Below are positions 9,903 to 22,076 of a stretch of 64,000 nucleotides of DNA, piece by piece (position 1 is the first letter of the stretch; each line of letters opens with the position of its first letter). The position numbers and the translations under genes were made by a program. The notes under the pieces are model-generated. The model saw nothing but the letters and a program-made list of their open reading frames with translations. It did not search any database and was not told the DNA's origin. The DNA comes from Marsupella aquatica (taxonomy: Eukaryota > Plantae > Marchantiophyta), in NCBI GenBank assembly GCA_973895155.1, contig OZ316891.1:15035037-15099036 (forward strand), given 5' to 3'.

Positions 9903-12900
9903 AGCTGGGGGTATGCCCTGTGCACGTCATCTAGGGGAGCAGATGATGTGTGGATTCTTGATTGTGCTTGCTCTTTTCATATTTGTTACATTCGTGAGTT
10001 TTTCAGTTCTTACTCTGTTTCAAACGGTTCAGTTCTGATGGGAAATGATCACTCTTGTCAAATTGAGGGAATTGGGTCTGTGAAGATTCAAATGTTTGAT
10101 GGCGCTGTGCGCACAGTGTCCCGGAGTCAGGTATGTACCTGGCATGCGTAAGAATCTGATTTCACTCGGTGTGTTGGATTCAAATGGTCATCAATGGAGC
10201 GTTATTGATGGTGAACTTCAAGTCAGGTCGGGAGAGACAGTGATTTTGAAGGGGAGCAGACAGAAGAATTTGTATATGTTACAGGGCAATACTATATGTG
10301 GAGAGGCCAATGTAACCAAGTCTCACGAGGAGATGACTCAACTGTGGCATTCATGGTTAGGCCACATGAGTGAGAAGGGTTTGGCTATCTTACGGAAGAA
10401 TGGACTCATTTCTGATTTGCAATCTTGTAAATTAGAGTTCTGTGAGCATTGCATTCTTGGAAAGCAGCATCGTCGTGCTTTTGGTGTTGGAACTCATCGT
10501 TCCAAAGCGGTTCTTCAGTACATACATAGTGACGTGTGGGGTCCATCCCCGACTCCCTCACATTCTGGAAAGTTGTACTATGTATCATTTATTGACGATT
10601 ATTCAAGATTTGTATGGATTTATTTCATGACGCATAAGTCTGATGTCTTATCCATTTTTAAGAAATGGAAGGCCCAGGTGGAGAATCAGACTAAAAACAC
10701 AGTCAAGTGTTTGGATACAAGGGTGAAGAGTCTGAGGTCAGACAACGGCGGGGAGTACACTTCAATGGAATTTGAAGAGTACTGTTCAGAACAGGGGATA
10801 ACTCGCCATCTCACCACAGTTTATACTCTACAGCAGAATGGTGTCGCTGAGAGGCTCAATCAGACACTATTGGAGCGGTCACGGAGTATGTTGAGCCAAT
10901 CAGGTTTACCACAGGAATTCTGGGCAGAAACTATGAATACCGCAGCTTATTTGGTAAATCTTTCTCCTTCTAGTGCTATCAATTTCAAAACGCCGTTTGA
11001 GATGCGCTATAAGCGGCAAGCAGACTATCATGGCTTGGTAGTTTTTGGAAGTGATGCATATGCTCTCACACCGAAGCAAAATATGACCAAGTTGGATCCT
11101 ACCTCCAAGAAATGTGTTTTTCTTGGGTACCAGAGTGGTGTGAAAGCCTATAGGCTATGGGATCCTATTGCCTGTAAGCTCATTGTCAGTAGGGATGTTT
11201 CCTTCAATGAATCCAGATTATTGAAGGAGGGGGAGAATACTCAGGTCTCCCGTACTGACAAAGGAAAATCTCCTATCCCGGATCTCGTTGAGGGGGAGAT
11301 TGGTCATGAGGTGCATGACCGGAGAGAAGGAGTTGCTCCAATTATGGAGCTGGTTCCTGTGCCAGAGGAACCAGAGGAGTTTGTTGATGCTGGTGAGCAG
11401 CAAGTGGATGCTGCTGAGCTTCAAATTGTACCAGCACACGCAGATCAACCGGAGTCATCGGCTAGAAGAACATCTAGTCGCACTGTACGCGCTCCACTAA
11501 GGTATGGACAGTGGGTTGATTCATCTCAGTTGCAAGAGGAGGACTTTGTTACTGATGATGAGGGTGAAGCATTGATTTTGGAAGAAGTGGAACCTTCTTT
11601 ATTTCATGAAGCAAGTGCTTCAAAGGAGAAGCAAGAGTGGACTGCAGCAATGCAAACAGAGATGCAGTCACTGAAGGACAACAAAACTTGGGAGCTTGTC
11701 AAGCTGCCTGAGGGACAACAAGTGGTGGACAGCAAGTGGATATACAAGCTGAAGGATCAGTCCACAGGAGGTGGATCGAAGGTCTACAAGGCTAGGTTGG
11801 TAGCCAAGGGATTCACACAGGAAAAAAGTGTGGATTACAATGAGGTCTTCTCACCAGTTGCTAAGTACTCAACAATACGGCTATTGTGTGTGCTTGTTGT
11901 TATGTTTGGTCTGCTGCTAGATCAGATGAATGTTGTCACAGCTTTCCTCTATGGCACCCTCGGGGGTCTCACTATATGGGGGCCTCCCCATCACCTACGA
12001 CGTTTTTAGGCCTTGGACCCCCTAAAATGTAAGAAAAAAATTTAATTTTTTAACCCCTATAAAGTTAGAATATTCTTGGAGTATTCCAAAAATTGGATTA
12101 AAAAGACCCTAATGTTCTTATAAGTCTCAAAATTGAATTGAAAAGACCCTATTGTTCTTCTACAAAAATTCTTAAGTCTTCCCTTAGAACCAATAAAATG
12201 ACTCTATCCTTCGTCGCACGTGATATGCCATTTTTGTGGAAATGAAACCCCCGAGATGGCACCTTGGAAGAGTTGATCTTCATGAGACAGCCGCTAGGTT
12301 TTGTGAAGAAAGGGCAAGAGGATTTGGTTTGCAGATTGCTGAGATCCTTGTACGGGTTGAAGCAATCACCAAGACAATGGAATAAGCGGTTTGATGATTG
12401 GATCCGTGCACAAGGCTTTCACAGGAGTGTGTTTGACCAATGTGTGTATCTTAAACCGGTGAAGAATGTTGTTTTTGGGTTCATTGTTTTAGTACTTTAT
12501 GTGGATGACATGCTTATTGCGGCCAAGGATAGGTCTGAGATTGTTAAGCTCAAGGCACTACTTAGTGTAGAGTTTAAGATGAAGGACTCAGGGCCAGCTA
12601 AGAGAATTTTGGGTATGGAGATCAGTAGGGACTTGAAGGCTGGTAAGCTATGGTTGACGCAGAGCAGTTATGCGAGGAAGGTAATTGCAAGGTTCAACAT
12701 GGGGGATAGCAAGCCCGTAAGTACCCCGTTGGCTCCACACTTCAAGTTGTCATTAGCTTTCTGTCCTACGGATGACACAGAGAAGGGGTTGATGTCAAAG
12801 GTTCCGTATGACAAGGCAGTGGGGAGTCTCATGTATTTGATGACTTGCACTAGACCTGATCTTGCCATGGCTATGGGCAAGGTGAGCAGGTACATGTCGA

Positions 12901-13481
12901 ATCCAGGGAAGGTACACTGGGAAGCAGTGAAGTGGATTATTCGATATTTGAAGGGTACCGTGGATCATGGTCTACTGTTTGATGCACATGTTGATAATGC
13001 TAGATCATTGATGGGCTATGTAGATGCTGACTATGCACAGGATCTGGATCGGAGGAGGTCAACAACAGGTTATGTGTTCACACTGGGAGGTGGATGCATA
13101 AGTTGGAGGTCTACCTTGCAGAAGTGTATTGCTCAGTCTACTACACAAGCGGAGTATGTTGCAGCAGCGGAAGCAGCAAAAGAAGCGATTTGGTTGGATA
13201 GACTGATCACTGAGATGGGATTGCCACAGGGGAATGTGAAGCTCCATTGTGATAGTCAGAGTGCGCTTCACCTTGCTGTGAACCAGGTGATGGACAGCAG
13301 AGTGAAGCACATTGACGTCAAGTATCATTTTATCAGGCAAGCTGTGTCTGATAATATGTTTGAGCTAGTCAAGATTGACGGTAAACTCAACCCGGTTGAC
13401 GCTTTTACCAAAGTAATTCCTTTGGAGAGTTTTTCTAGACACCGTGATGCGTTGCAGGTTTTGCAATTGCCTCACAAGTAG
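9903..13481 (+). pseudogene. pol: copia A pol (PR-IN-RT-RH); frameshift near 10120 and MITE insertion
   Basis: Motifs WILDCAC, HSDVWGP, LRSDNGGEY, YKARLVAKG, LYVDDML, YVDADY, KHIDVKYHFIR. Confidence 0.92.
11959..12255 (+). mobile_element. CTCGGGGG-family MITE inserted in copia RT, 8-bp TSD ATGGCACC
   Basis: Ends CTCGGGGGTCTCA and TGAAACCCCCGAG. ATGGCACC at 11951-11958 and 12256-12263. The empty site is present in copia B near 38380. Confidence 0.95.
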
Positions 13482-13660
13482 GGTTACTTAACATTTGTGT
13501 AGATACTGAAATATGCTCTTGCTCATTCCTTGTATAGACTACGGCTTAGTTATGGTCTACTCTCGTATAAAGAGGGAAAAACCAGTTTCAATTGGTTTTT
13601 CTTTCCAGAACTTCCCGCTGAGCAATCATATTGGTAGCAGTCTTTACCCTCCCCTAGACC

Positions 13661-13677
13661 AGAGTCAAGGGGGAGAT
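13661..13677 (+). promoter_or_regulatory. polypurine tract of copia A
   Basis: AGAGTCAAGGGGGAGAT directly before the 3' LTR. Confidence 0.85.
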
Positions 13678-14021
13678 TGTTAGGATTTACTCTTAGGTCT
13701 AGAGTTACGACTGTACCGTAGTTAAGGCTAACCTTAGTCGTAGACTTGGTTAGGTTAGTCATGTTGTGCACACTCTATAACCAAGCGGTGTTTGCTTGGT
13801 GAGTGGGAACTCAGGCTTATTGTTACGGAGCTAGTTGAGAGATAGAGAGAGCTTGCGTTGTGGATGCTTGGAATGGCGATCGGCCTAGAGTGCAGTAAAG
13901 CTCTCGTGTGTTCCCGTGGACGTAGCCTCATAAGGAGGTGAACCACGTATCTCTCTATGTCGACTCTTGTGCGTTGGATGGTTCATGGGCTTGCCATTGC
14001 GATTGTCGTTTATACTCAACA
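13678..14021 (+). repeat. 3' LTR of copia A
   Basis: Direct repeat of 8266-8609, followed by TSD CCAAT. Confidence 0.95.
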
Positions 14022-14416
14022 CCAATCACAACGGGCTAAAGCACTCCGCCTACGGACGTTTAGCAAGGAAGTTATGGGTATATATAGCAAGTTAGATGCA
14101 TGCCCATGACTGCGGTTGGGGTCCAAGTAGGAGGCCAAAATTTGGGGACCAAAGTAGGTCTAGGGTGAAAGTTCTCTAGAAGCATATATGAAAGAAGTGG
14201 TGTCTTCTTTGGGGCCAAGGGCGAGACCAAGTCGTAAACTGTGACCGTCGTGACACCCGGAGGAGACGTTGAATGGAAACGGTTATAACTTCTCAATGGA
14301 AAATCCGTTGGGGGGACTTCTTGGGTGCATTGAAAATCTCTCAAGGTGGAATACATTCTCCTGAGCTCACTTAGGTCTGGGGGTGTCATGGATTCTCGGG
14401 GTTTGTGGGGGCTATC

Positions 14417-14709
14417 TGTTGAGTATTGCTCTTAGTCTTGTGACTCTAGGGCTACCCATAGTTAGGCTAACTCAGGTGAGGACTTAGCTAAGGTTGACAG
14501 TGATGCATGCTGTATATAACCAGGGCTGATGCGCAGCCCCTGGTGGATCTTCAGTTCATTGTTAGAGTGGAGCAAGAGAGAAGTAAAGGTCTCTTGCTTT
14601 TCCGTGGACGTAGCCTCAGTCATGAGGTGAACCACATACTTGCTGTGTCGACTACTTTGTATGGTGTTCACATGTGCATGGTGTCTCGGGATATGGATTA
14701 TCCCCAACA
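14417..14709 (+). mobile_element. solo LTR of a related copia family
   Basis: TGTTGAG...CCCAACA flanked by TSD CTATC (14412-14416, 14710-14714). Shares CCGTGGACGTAGCCTCA..GAGGTGAACCAC..GTCGACT with the copia A and B LTRs. Confidence 0.88.
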
Positions 14710-16228
14710 CTATCTTGCCCGCTTGCTAAATCCTGTTGAAACAGCAGCCAAGCCGCATTCAGTTTTCCACGGGAGCTTGCGTTGGGAAGGCAAGGCCAAG
14801 TACAAGCATGGAGGTTGAGTTCCAAGTGCACTTGCCCCTAGGCTATCAGTTGAGCGAGAACCGTAAGTTGGTTGCTAGAGCCAAGGCCGATTTGGTCTTG
14901 ATGTTTTAGGACAAGCTCAGGACATTCAAGCTTTCATTGGGATAAGCTACACTATTTGGGCCATGAACATGATTGTTTTGGGGGCAGGGCGGTCAACTAG
15001 TGATAAATAGGAACGTGGGGGAGCACGGACTGCACCAAACGAGGGGCTATTTTGGAGGAATAGTGGGTGTCGGCTCTGGCTCCGGCTAGCTTATGGCAGG
15101 GTCACACGGGCCAAGGAGGTTCTATTTGCTGACCTACTTACCAAGATTGTTGAGCTTGGGGTTACCTAGATCCTAACTTGGGGTTACTTACCGGAGTGCT
15201 TGGTTGCTTCTGCAGATAGTGAGCAATAGTCGTGTTAGGGAGTAAGTGCGGCTTTGTACGGGAGTGGCCGTCGGGGGTGCGAGAGGCACCAAGTTGCTTG
15301 CTCAAGGAGTTCCGTGGAGGCGTTCGGGCACTAAGGGCACCTAGGCATGGGTGTTAGGATTGGTGAGGGCATTGGGTGGCTAGGTCCAGTCACCACTTTT
15401 TGCATGATGGGTAGAAAGGAAAAAAGTTAGGACCCGGGCCTAAAGAATCTCTTGAGTTTGTGTACCTCTTTGAGGCCAGTGTACACCCCGGTGTACACTA
15501 CGTAGTCTGTGGATCGAGGGACATATGTGCAAAAACTTTGTTGGGTGAGACCTAACTTCCCAACCTCCAACTGATCAGGCCGGATTTCCTGATGACTACA
15601 TGGGGATCAAAATGAGTCAGTGCAATGAAATGAGAGCTAGCACCTAACTATCCTTTTGTATATTTTAGCAGGCTACAGCCTTTGAAGCACATCCCACAAT
15701 TAATGCAAACTGTTGTTGGGCAATTTCTCAGACAAGAAAATGTGAGCATGCATGTTGCAAACCGGAGTGAGGTAATAATTCTCTTTTGAGCAAAGCAATT
15801 CTTATATGAGTTCTCATAATGTACTGTGGGCTGTGTTTCACCAAGTTCCAACCAATTAATTTGGGAGACGAGACAGCTCTAGATGCAATGAACAATATGA
15901 ATCTGGCCTCATCTATAAGCCGCAGCTTACTTCGACGTTTTCTATTTTCCATAGAATATCCGGGGCGTTCTTGGCCACTATGGTTTTGTTCAGTATTTTT
16001 TTTCAAAATAGGTGGTGTAACTCTAGGTCACACCATGCATGTACACCATTAGTGGAGAAATTGGTTATATTTCTCCATTCCAGATTTGCTCAATCTTGAG
16101 TAGTGTTGAGCAACACTGACGCCCCGTAACTTATTTGCATCTTGATCTGCTCCCATGGCATGGCCACCTCTTTGTAATCAATGAGCACTACCTACAGTAG
16201 CGATAATACAAGAACTATAACCGGATTC

Positions 16229-16528
16229 CTCGGGGGTTTCACTTCCAAAACATGGCACATCATGTGCGACAAAGGATAATGTTGTTCTATTGGCTCTAAA
16301 GTAAGACTTAAAAAATTTCAACGAAAGAACAATAGGGTATATATTTTAAATCCAATTTTGAGACTTATAAGAACATTAGGGTACTTTTAATCCAATTTTT
16401 GGAATATTCCAAAAATATTCAAACTTTATCGGGGTTAATTATATATTTTTTAAATCTTACATTTTAGGGGGTTTGAGGCCTAAAACGTCAGAGGTGATGG
16501 GGAGACCTTTATATAGTGAGACCCCGGA
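16229..16528 (-). mobile_element. CTCGGGGG-family MITE
   Basis: Close reverse complement of 11959-12255. Starts CTCGGGGGTTTCAC and ends GTGAGACCCCGG. TSD not recognisable. Confidence 0.85.
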
Positions 16529-16949
16529 ACTTTAGAACTGAAGTGAATGAAGCAAACCCTAGAAGATATACCCTAGGAGAAATCCGCAAGTGGCCCTCCC
16601 AACGGATGGATGAATCCCAGGCTAAACACAAAATGGTGATGTGTACAATCAGCCTAGTAACCACAAATAGACTAAATCTGTTAAAACTAACTACTATGCA
16701 TGTTATCTTTAACTTGTCTAGTGCCGTTGTCTCCTAGGTGGCAGTGAGACGGGTTGAGTCCCGAGTCGCAAACCTAGCGCCAAACGTTCACTATCCGATG
16801 TATCTACCTGACAGTGCTCTAAACTAATTGTGGTCATTGTTAACTGGGGTAGTTTCTCAAACCCAAGTACATGATTAAGTGCAAACGCAGGTTTGCATGA
16901 CACCATTCACTACCCCGTGGACCTGCTCGTCCAAGGAGAGGCCCGCCGG

Positions 16950-17620
16950 TCACGCCTGTGTCAGAACCCGGTCGTCCCGTTACACCCCAGTAATGGTCGA
17001 CCGGATCGTCATTACCCTATACATAGCAATGATGTGGTCCTAGTGTGGCTTCTACTTCTGGTGGTTATTGTTCATGTGGTGTTGTTTGAAACGCGTAATG
17101 GTAAGTTGTGGAAGGATGAGGGTGGACAGCACCCGGGCATGGTCAGATTCATGGAGCTGAATTACATTCACTGGTCAGATAGGTTAATTCCAGGCGTTTA
17201 GCTCCAGTGCGGGGGGCAGTAAACGCGGTGAATACATCAAACAACCCTGTCACCAACTAAACCCCAATGTATAGACTGTGAATGGTGAAAGGCCCGCTTG
17301 CTATCCCAGCTGAAGCAAATGTGTCCTGGCTCCTGCTGGAAAGGAACCCGCCAGGTTAAATTGCCTCTTAAGGTGTGCCATGCCAACCTTTCCCTCCTGC
17401 AAAAGTGGTGCACGCATCTCCTCTGTGGTCAGTCCTTTCGTTTAAAGTCCCCAAGGAAGAACCAGTGATACTGTGGGTCCAGGGGGTTGAAATCCCTGTT
17501 GAAATCTCACGCCAGAGTCAGATCAGTCCGCTCTCCCAGAGTGTTCGGTGCAGAGATCCAGAGCACCGACGATTCAATGTGATTGCGCAAGGACTACAAT
17601 CAGTTGCAAACAGGACTCCA
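16950..17620 (-). mobile_element. decayed LINE (L1-like) ORF2 endonuclease fragment
   Basis: Frameshifted EEP motifs in order: SAPNT..ER..LWREI, WFFLGDF, FSWDS, IHRVY, SDHARV. Confidence 0.7.
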
Positions 17621-17829
17621 ATTAATTCACATGCTTATCATGGCAAAAATCTGTACAAGTAAGGTTTACACCAGGGCAGCAGCACTAGGCAATGCAAAGA
17701 GCAAACAAAGCTATTGTAAAGTGAAGTTGCAAACTCAAAAACAAAAGGATTCAATATTTATTGGATGGAACCCATGTACAAAATGGACAAAGGATGGAGA
17801 AGGGAGAATACATAGGGAGATCACATACT

Positions 17830-18800
17830 TATAGGAAAGTATACAATTCCTGAAACCCCCAACCTGAGCCGTTGTGATTGCTCTCCAGTAGGGCGTCTTG
17901 AAGTTGCGGAAAAAAGCGACACTTTTCGGTCACGGATGAGGAGTGTGCGGACACCCATATTTGTGTCTTCTTTCCCGGGAATTTGCCGCTGAGCGCGACC
18001 GGAGGCAGAAAGGATAGATTTCAGACCACCTAGTGTAAGCTGCACGGTACTCAATAATTTTGTCAAACTCTTCAGGTACTAGTGGGGTATGAATCTCAAA
18101 TTTCACATCCATGACAGGTGCGATGGGGACCTGACCTCGAACAGCTCATCGATTGAAGAAATTAACTTTTCCCTTGATTTTTCTTCCCTTTCTTTTGTAG
18201 CTTTGATAGAATCAACGCCAGCATATGGAAAGTGCTTGCAGACAAACGCTACAGCCTGGACTATCACACCTTCCACACAATTACGCCCTCACCTTCTACA
18301 CATTCAATCACGCCCTCCGATATGGCTTGTAATTTTGGAAGACAATATTGTTCACCGTACCTCAGATTACTGGTTTATCCCTTACTCTATAGATATCCTT
18401 GGCATCAAATGAGAGAACCGAATGTACTCAGGGATCTATCTCTCACCTGCCACGTGTAATTCAAACAATTGCTATGGCATATCAGTTTCATCTAGCTTCA
18501 GTAGACAGCGAGCACCACAATCAAGTGACACACAGCAGGAATAGACCACTCAAGATAATCTATGTCGATCATGAGTCATTGACAAACATGAGTGTTACTC
18601 ACAAAAATCATATCAAATCAATAATCGACTCGTTCGATTTAGTCCTCATTGCTTTCAAATGTACTCGCTTAACTCTTTCAAATCTTTTCTCAGAAAATAA
18701 CAGACTCACTCAGATGCATCGTAGGTGTTTTTTGCAGACATCATTCCCGTCTTTGTCTTTTAAAGTGTCATAAATTATGATAAATAACTGGAAGGATTTT
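17830..18800 (-). pseudogene. decayed coding sequence of unknown family
   Basis: Protein-like fragments across frames (FDAKDIYRVRDKPV, KATKEREEKSREKLISSIDELFEV, EEFDKIIEYRAAY) with many stops. Confidence 0.3.
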
Positions 18801-21061
18801 TCCTCAGATTTTCGAAAGCTTCTCATGTCCATTCTTGGCTTTATTGGTTTTCTGTCCGTTGTTCTTCTACAAATTTCAAGTTCACTGAAACTCAGACACT
18901 TTGATACGAAGACATTTGTGAATACATCTACCTAGCTACGTACATGTCTTTGGTTGTAGTGAGCCCTTTTGGTCTCATGTACTCTATACTGCAATATTTT
19001 GAGTCGACCGTTTTTGTTCATTTGAAGAAATGAGAGGTGGAGCAATTCCTGTAATGGCTTCCAGGCAGGGGGATTGGCGCCTCTGTCTCGGTCCCAAAAC
19101 TGGACTACGGGTAGGATAAGGCTCGGGATAAGGGTTCGTGGCAGGAGAGAGCTGGTCCCAATGTGGACGCCAGTGGAGATGGTTGCGGCTGCACAAGTAA
19201 GCCCATCCGCGCGCGGTGCAGACTACATACTGATTGCGAATTTTCCAGTTTGATTGACCAACTAAGTTGACTTTTGTAACTCTGGCTCTATAGGTTTCTT
19301 TTCTCAGAAACTCGATAGTGCTGCTAAGCTGACGGTAAGAAAATCCATGAACACTTTTGTTTCCGAATTATGATACTATCTAATCTAATGTATCTTGTGT
19401 GTGTACCAATAGAAATGCATTACATATAAGAGAGAGTTAGCTGACTGAATTTTATCCAAGAAGTGAATTTATGGCACTTGTCTCTGTACTATGCAGACAG
19501 ATTACAGCATATACGTATCCTGCATCAGGCTAGCCTTTGCGTTTTTGGCTTGTATCTGAGGTCTGAAGAGTAATTCTGAAGAGCTGTGTGACGAGCATAA
19601 AATTCTTGTGTCTTCAAGCGACTATTGCAGGAGTGGGAGCAAGAGCTTGAAGATAGAACCAAGGCAGAGAAGAGAACAGGGCGTGGCAGGAATGCTCCAC
19701 ACATTATGAATGATGAAACAATGTTCACGAAAGTTCCGAGTCCAGTCCATTAAGAGTTGGTGACGGTGTGCCATAGACGGTATCCTTCAATACCTTCCAA
19801 GTCAGCAGAGTTTAACATCTGTAGCAGAAATAGTAGTGACTTACAAACACTTTTGTCGGAGGAGAAAGCTAAATTGGTGGGCATATTGCTGAGGAAAGGT
19901 TGCTTCTCATGGCACCTTCTTCTGAGGATCTAGATCAATGAAATGAATGTCTCTTAGCTTTACACAGCACTTAGACTTAGTGTACAGTGTTCTTCTCCAT
20001 TGGAGTTGGTATATTGAAATTGATGGGATTGATCAGACAGTTAGGAACGTAATAAACAGGATCGGGTCTCTCCCCTCGGATTTGACATTTAATTGTTGTC
20101 TTTACGGGGTCTACGGCCGGATGGCAATGCCAGGCATTTTTTAATACGTAAGTCTAAACCTCGCTTTTAAATGTCTTGTTTTTTTATGTTCTGTCTGTAC
20201 TCTTAGTGCTCAAAAGTAGATTGCGAAATTCAGGCTTTGGTATTGAATGTTTCGTACTTGCCGTGAAATCAATTGTTGCCGTTTCTTCTTGCTAACGAGT
20301 GTAATGGATTTTATTTTAAAGTGAGTAATCGATCTTTCACCTAATTGACAAGCCAATGGATATTATCCCCCACAAGCAATTTAGTACCACCTGGAAGTCA
20401 AGTACGAGAGACAGCTTGGTGGATCAGCATACTACTGGATCCTTCAAATCTGAGTCGCTCTAAATTTGAAGTAGTCATTCTTTTTATCTTAAATGTAGGT
20501 GCCTCTGTTTCAATGAATGCTGCCGAAGGTGAAAATATAACAGCAAAGTTTTTGACAACGATGAGACGAGAGGGAACAAACTCTATGACCAATCCAACGA
20601 AGGAGAACATTTGACCAGTCAGGCGATGGATATTTCTTGTATTTCAAGTCAACTAAAGTCATTACTGGATTGGCCACATTTATTTGCTTACAGACCATTT
20701 CTATCAGCGTACAACTCCAGACCCAGACTTTAACTGAAACTTTCAGTCAGAAGATAGGAGCTTTGTTACGGTTGGACCCAAAATGCAACCGGGCAATCAA
20801 GAGTGGACATCCGGATAGTATTTGGTTGCGGTCATGACTCTGGTGCGTTCTTCTTTTCATCATGCAACTTTTTCGCTTCAAGATTCAGCATCCTTTCGTG
20901 AGGAGCCTTCTCACATAGTCAGTCTTCTTAGAGTCCAGTCACTTTTGCTTTATCTTACAAACAGGATGGAATGCCGGACTAACTCAAAATGGTTCTTGCC
21001 TAGGTTGATAGCGCTGTTTTCAATTGCAACAAAGGCAATCACTTTCAAATAGATGTATGTA

Positions 21062-21200
21062 CTACATTGCCAATAAAATGCCAATTCCCTATGAGGATTG
21101 AATATTTATTACATTGCCAAATAAATGACAATTCCCTATGAGGATTAAATTTTTATTACATTGCCAAATAAATGCCAATTCTTTATGAGGTCTGGATTAA
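21062..21200. repeat. tandem repeat ~47 bp x3
   Basis: TACATTGCCAAATAAATGCCAATTCCCTATGAGGATT repeated. Confidence 0.8.
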
Positions 21201-22076
21201 ATTTGTACAATCGCAACTAGAATCACTGAAAAAACTAGACAAGTTTCTGGATCCTGCCACAATAGACTTGCCATAACACACTCCCTTTCATGAAGATTTA
21301 AAAACGTGGATCAGAATTTAGGGAGAAATTATTACTGAGAAAAAAACGTTAACATCAACGTTGTAGCAACTAAATCCAATCCAAATATGAGATTCTCCCG
21401 ACTACATTTTGTGACCTGTTAATCGTGCTTCAGCACAGCCCTTGCGAACATATTCACTAATCTTTCCCTCAGATTAATCTAAAAACTGCTCGAGTTATTT
21501 GCCTTGCATTGCTTGCTTTTTTTGTCCCCCATCCAAGTTTTTCTTGCTAGATTTGTCTGCTCCAATTATTTCCTCTTCTTTAAAGGTAGATCTACACAAG
21601 ACGTAGGCCTGAAGGACGCAACCTCAGTTTCTGGATCCTGCCAGAAGACGTTGCTCTGGAAGTTACAATGGAAACTCAGTGGAGCATTGGACTCCTAGCT
21701 CATTGACTTATGCACTGCTATAATTTCAAGATAAGCAACTGACATCGTATCCTATCCAAATTCTCAATGCTACATGTGACCGAGACTGACTCTTCTGAGT
21801 ATCAACGTGTTAGGAAGAACATGGTCGGTCATGAGCTACACCTGAACTAGGCCCCCTGCTCCACTATCCTAACCAACTAGCTATCCTTTGGAGAGGACAG
21901 CTCACAGCTCAATTACGAAAGGACTTCAAGAATTCCATCTCTACTTCCACTATCTCTCCAAATTCCCTAAATGATTGGATAGTAACTAGTTATAAACACA
22001 CCAATTGATATCCCTCTCCAGCGTGAATCAACCATTGCATTCAGAAACACAGAATCAGAACACCATTTTGACTTAC

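Larger units (their letters stand above)
8266..14021 (+). mobile_element. Ty1/copia LTR retrotransposon, copy A (full-length, disabled)
   Basis: 344-bp LTRs (TG..CA), 5-bp TSD CCAAT (8261-8265, 14022-14026), PBS TGGTATCAGAGC, PPT. Domain order gag (CX2CX4HX4C), PR, GAG-pre-integrase, IN, RT (YVDD), RNaseH. Confidence 0.97.
7830..15523. mobile_element. older unclassified repeat (LTR-like) hosting the copia element and the solo LTR
   Basis: Non-coding segments 7830-8265, 14022-14416 and 14715-15523 rejoin at the TSDs. No recognisable ORF; boundaries approximate. Confidence 0.35.

Noticed and set aside
11959-12009. C-terminus GGLTIWGPPHHLRRF of the 637-aa ORF
   Set aside because: It is read-through into the inserted MITE; RT resumes at 12264.
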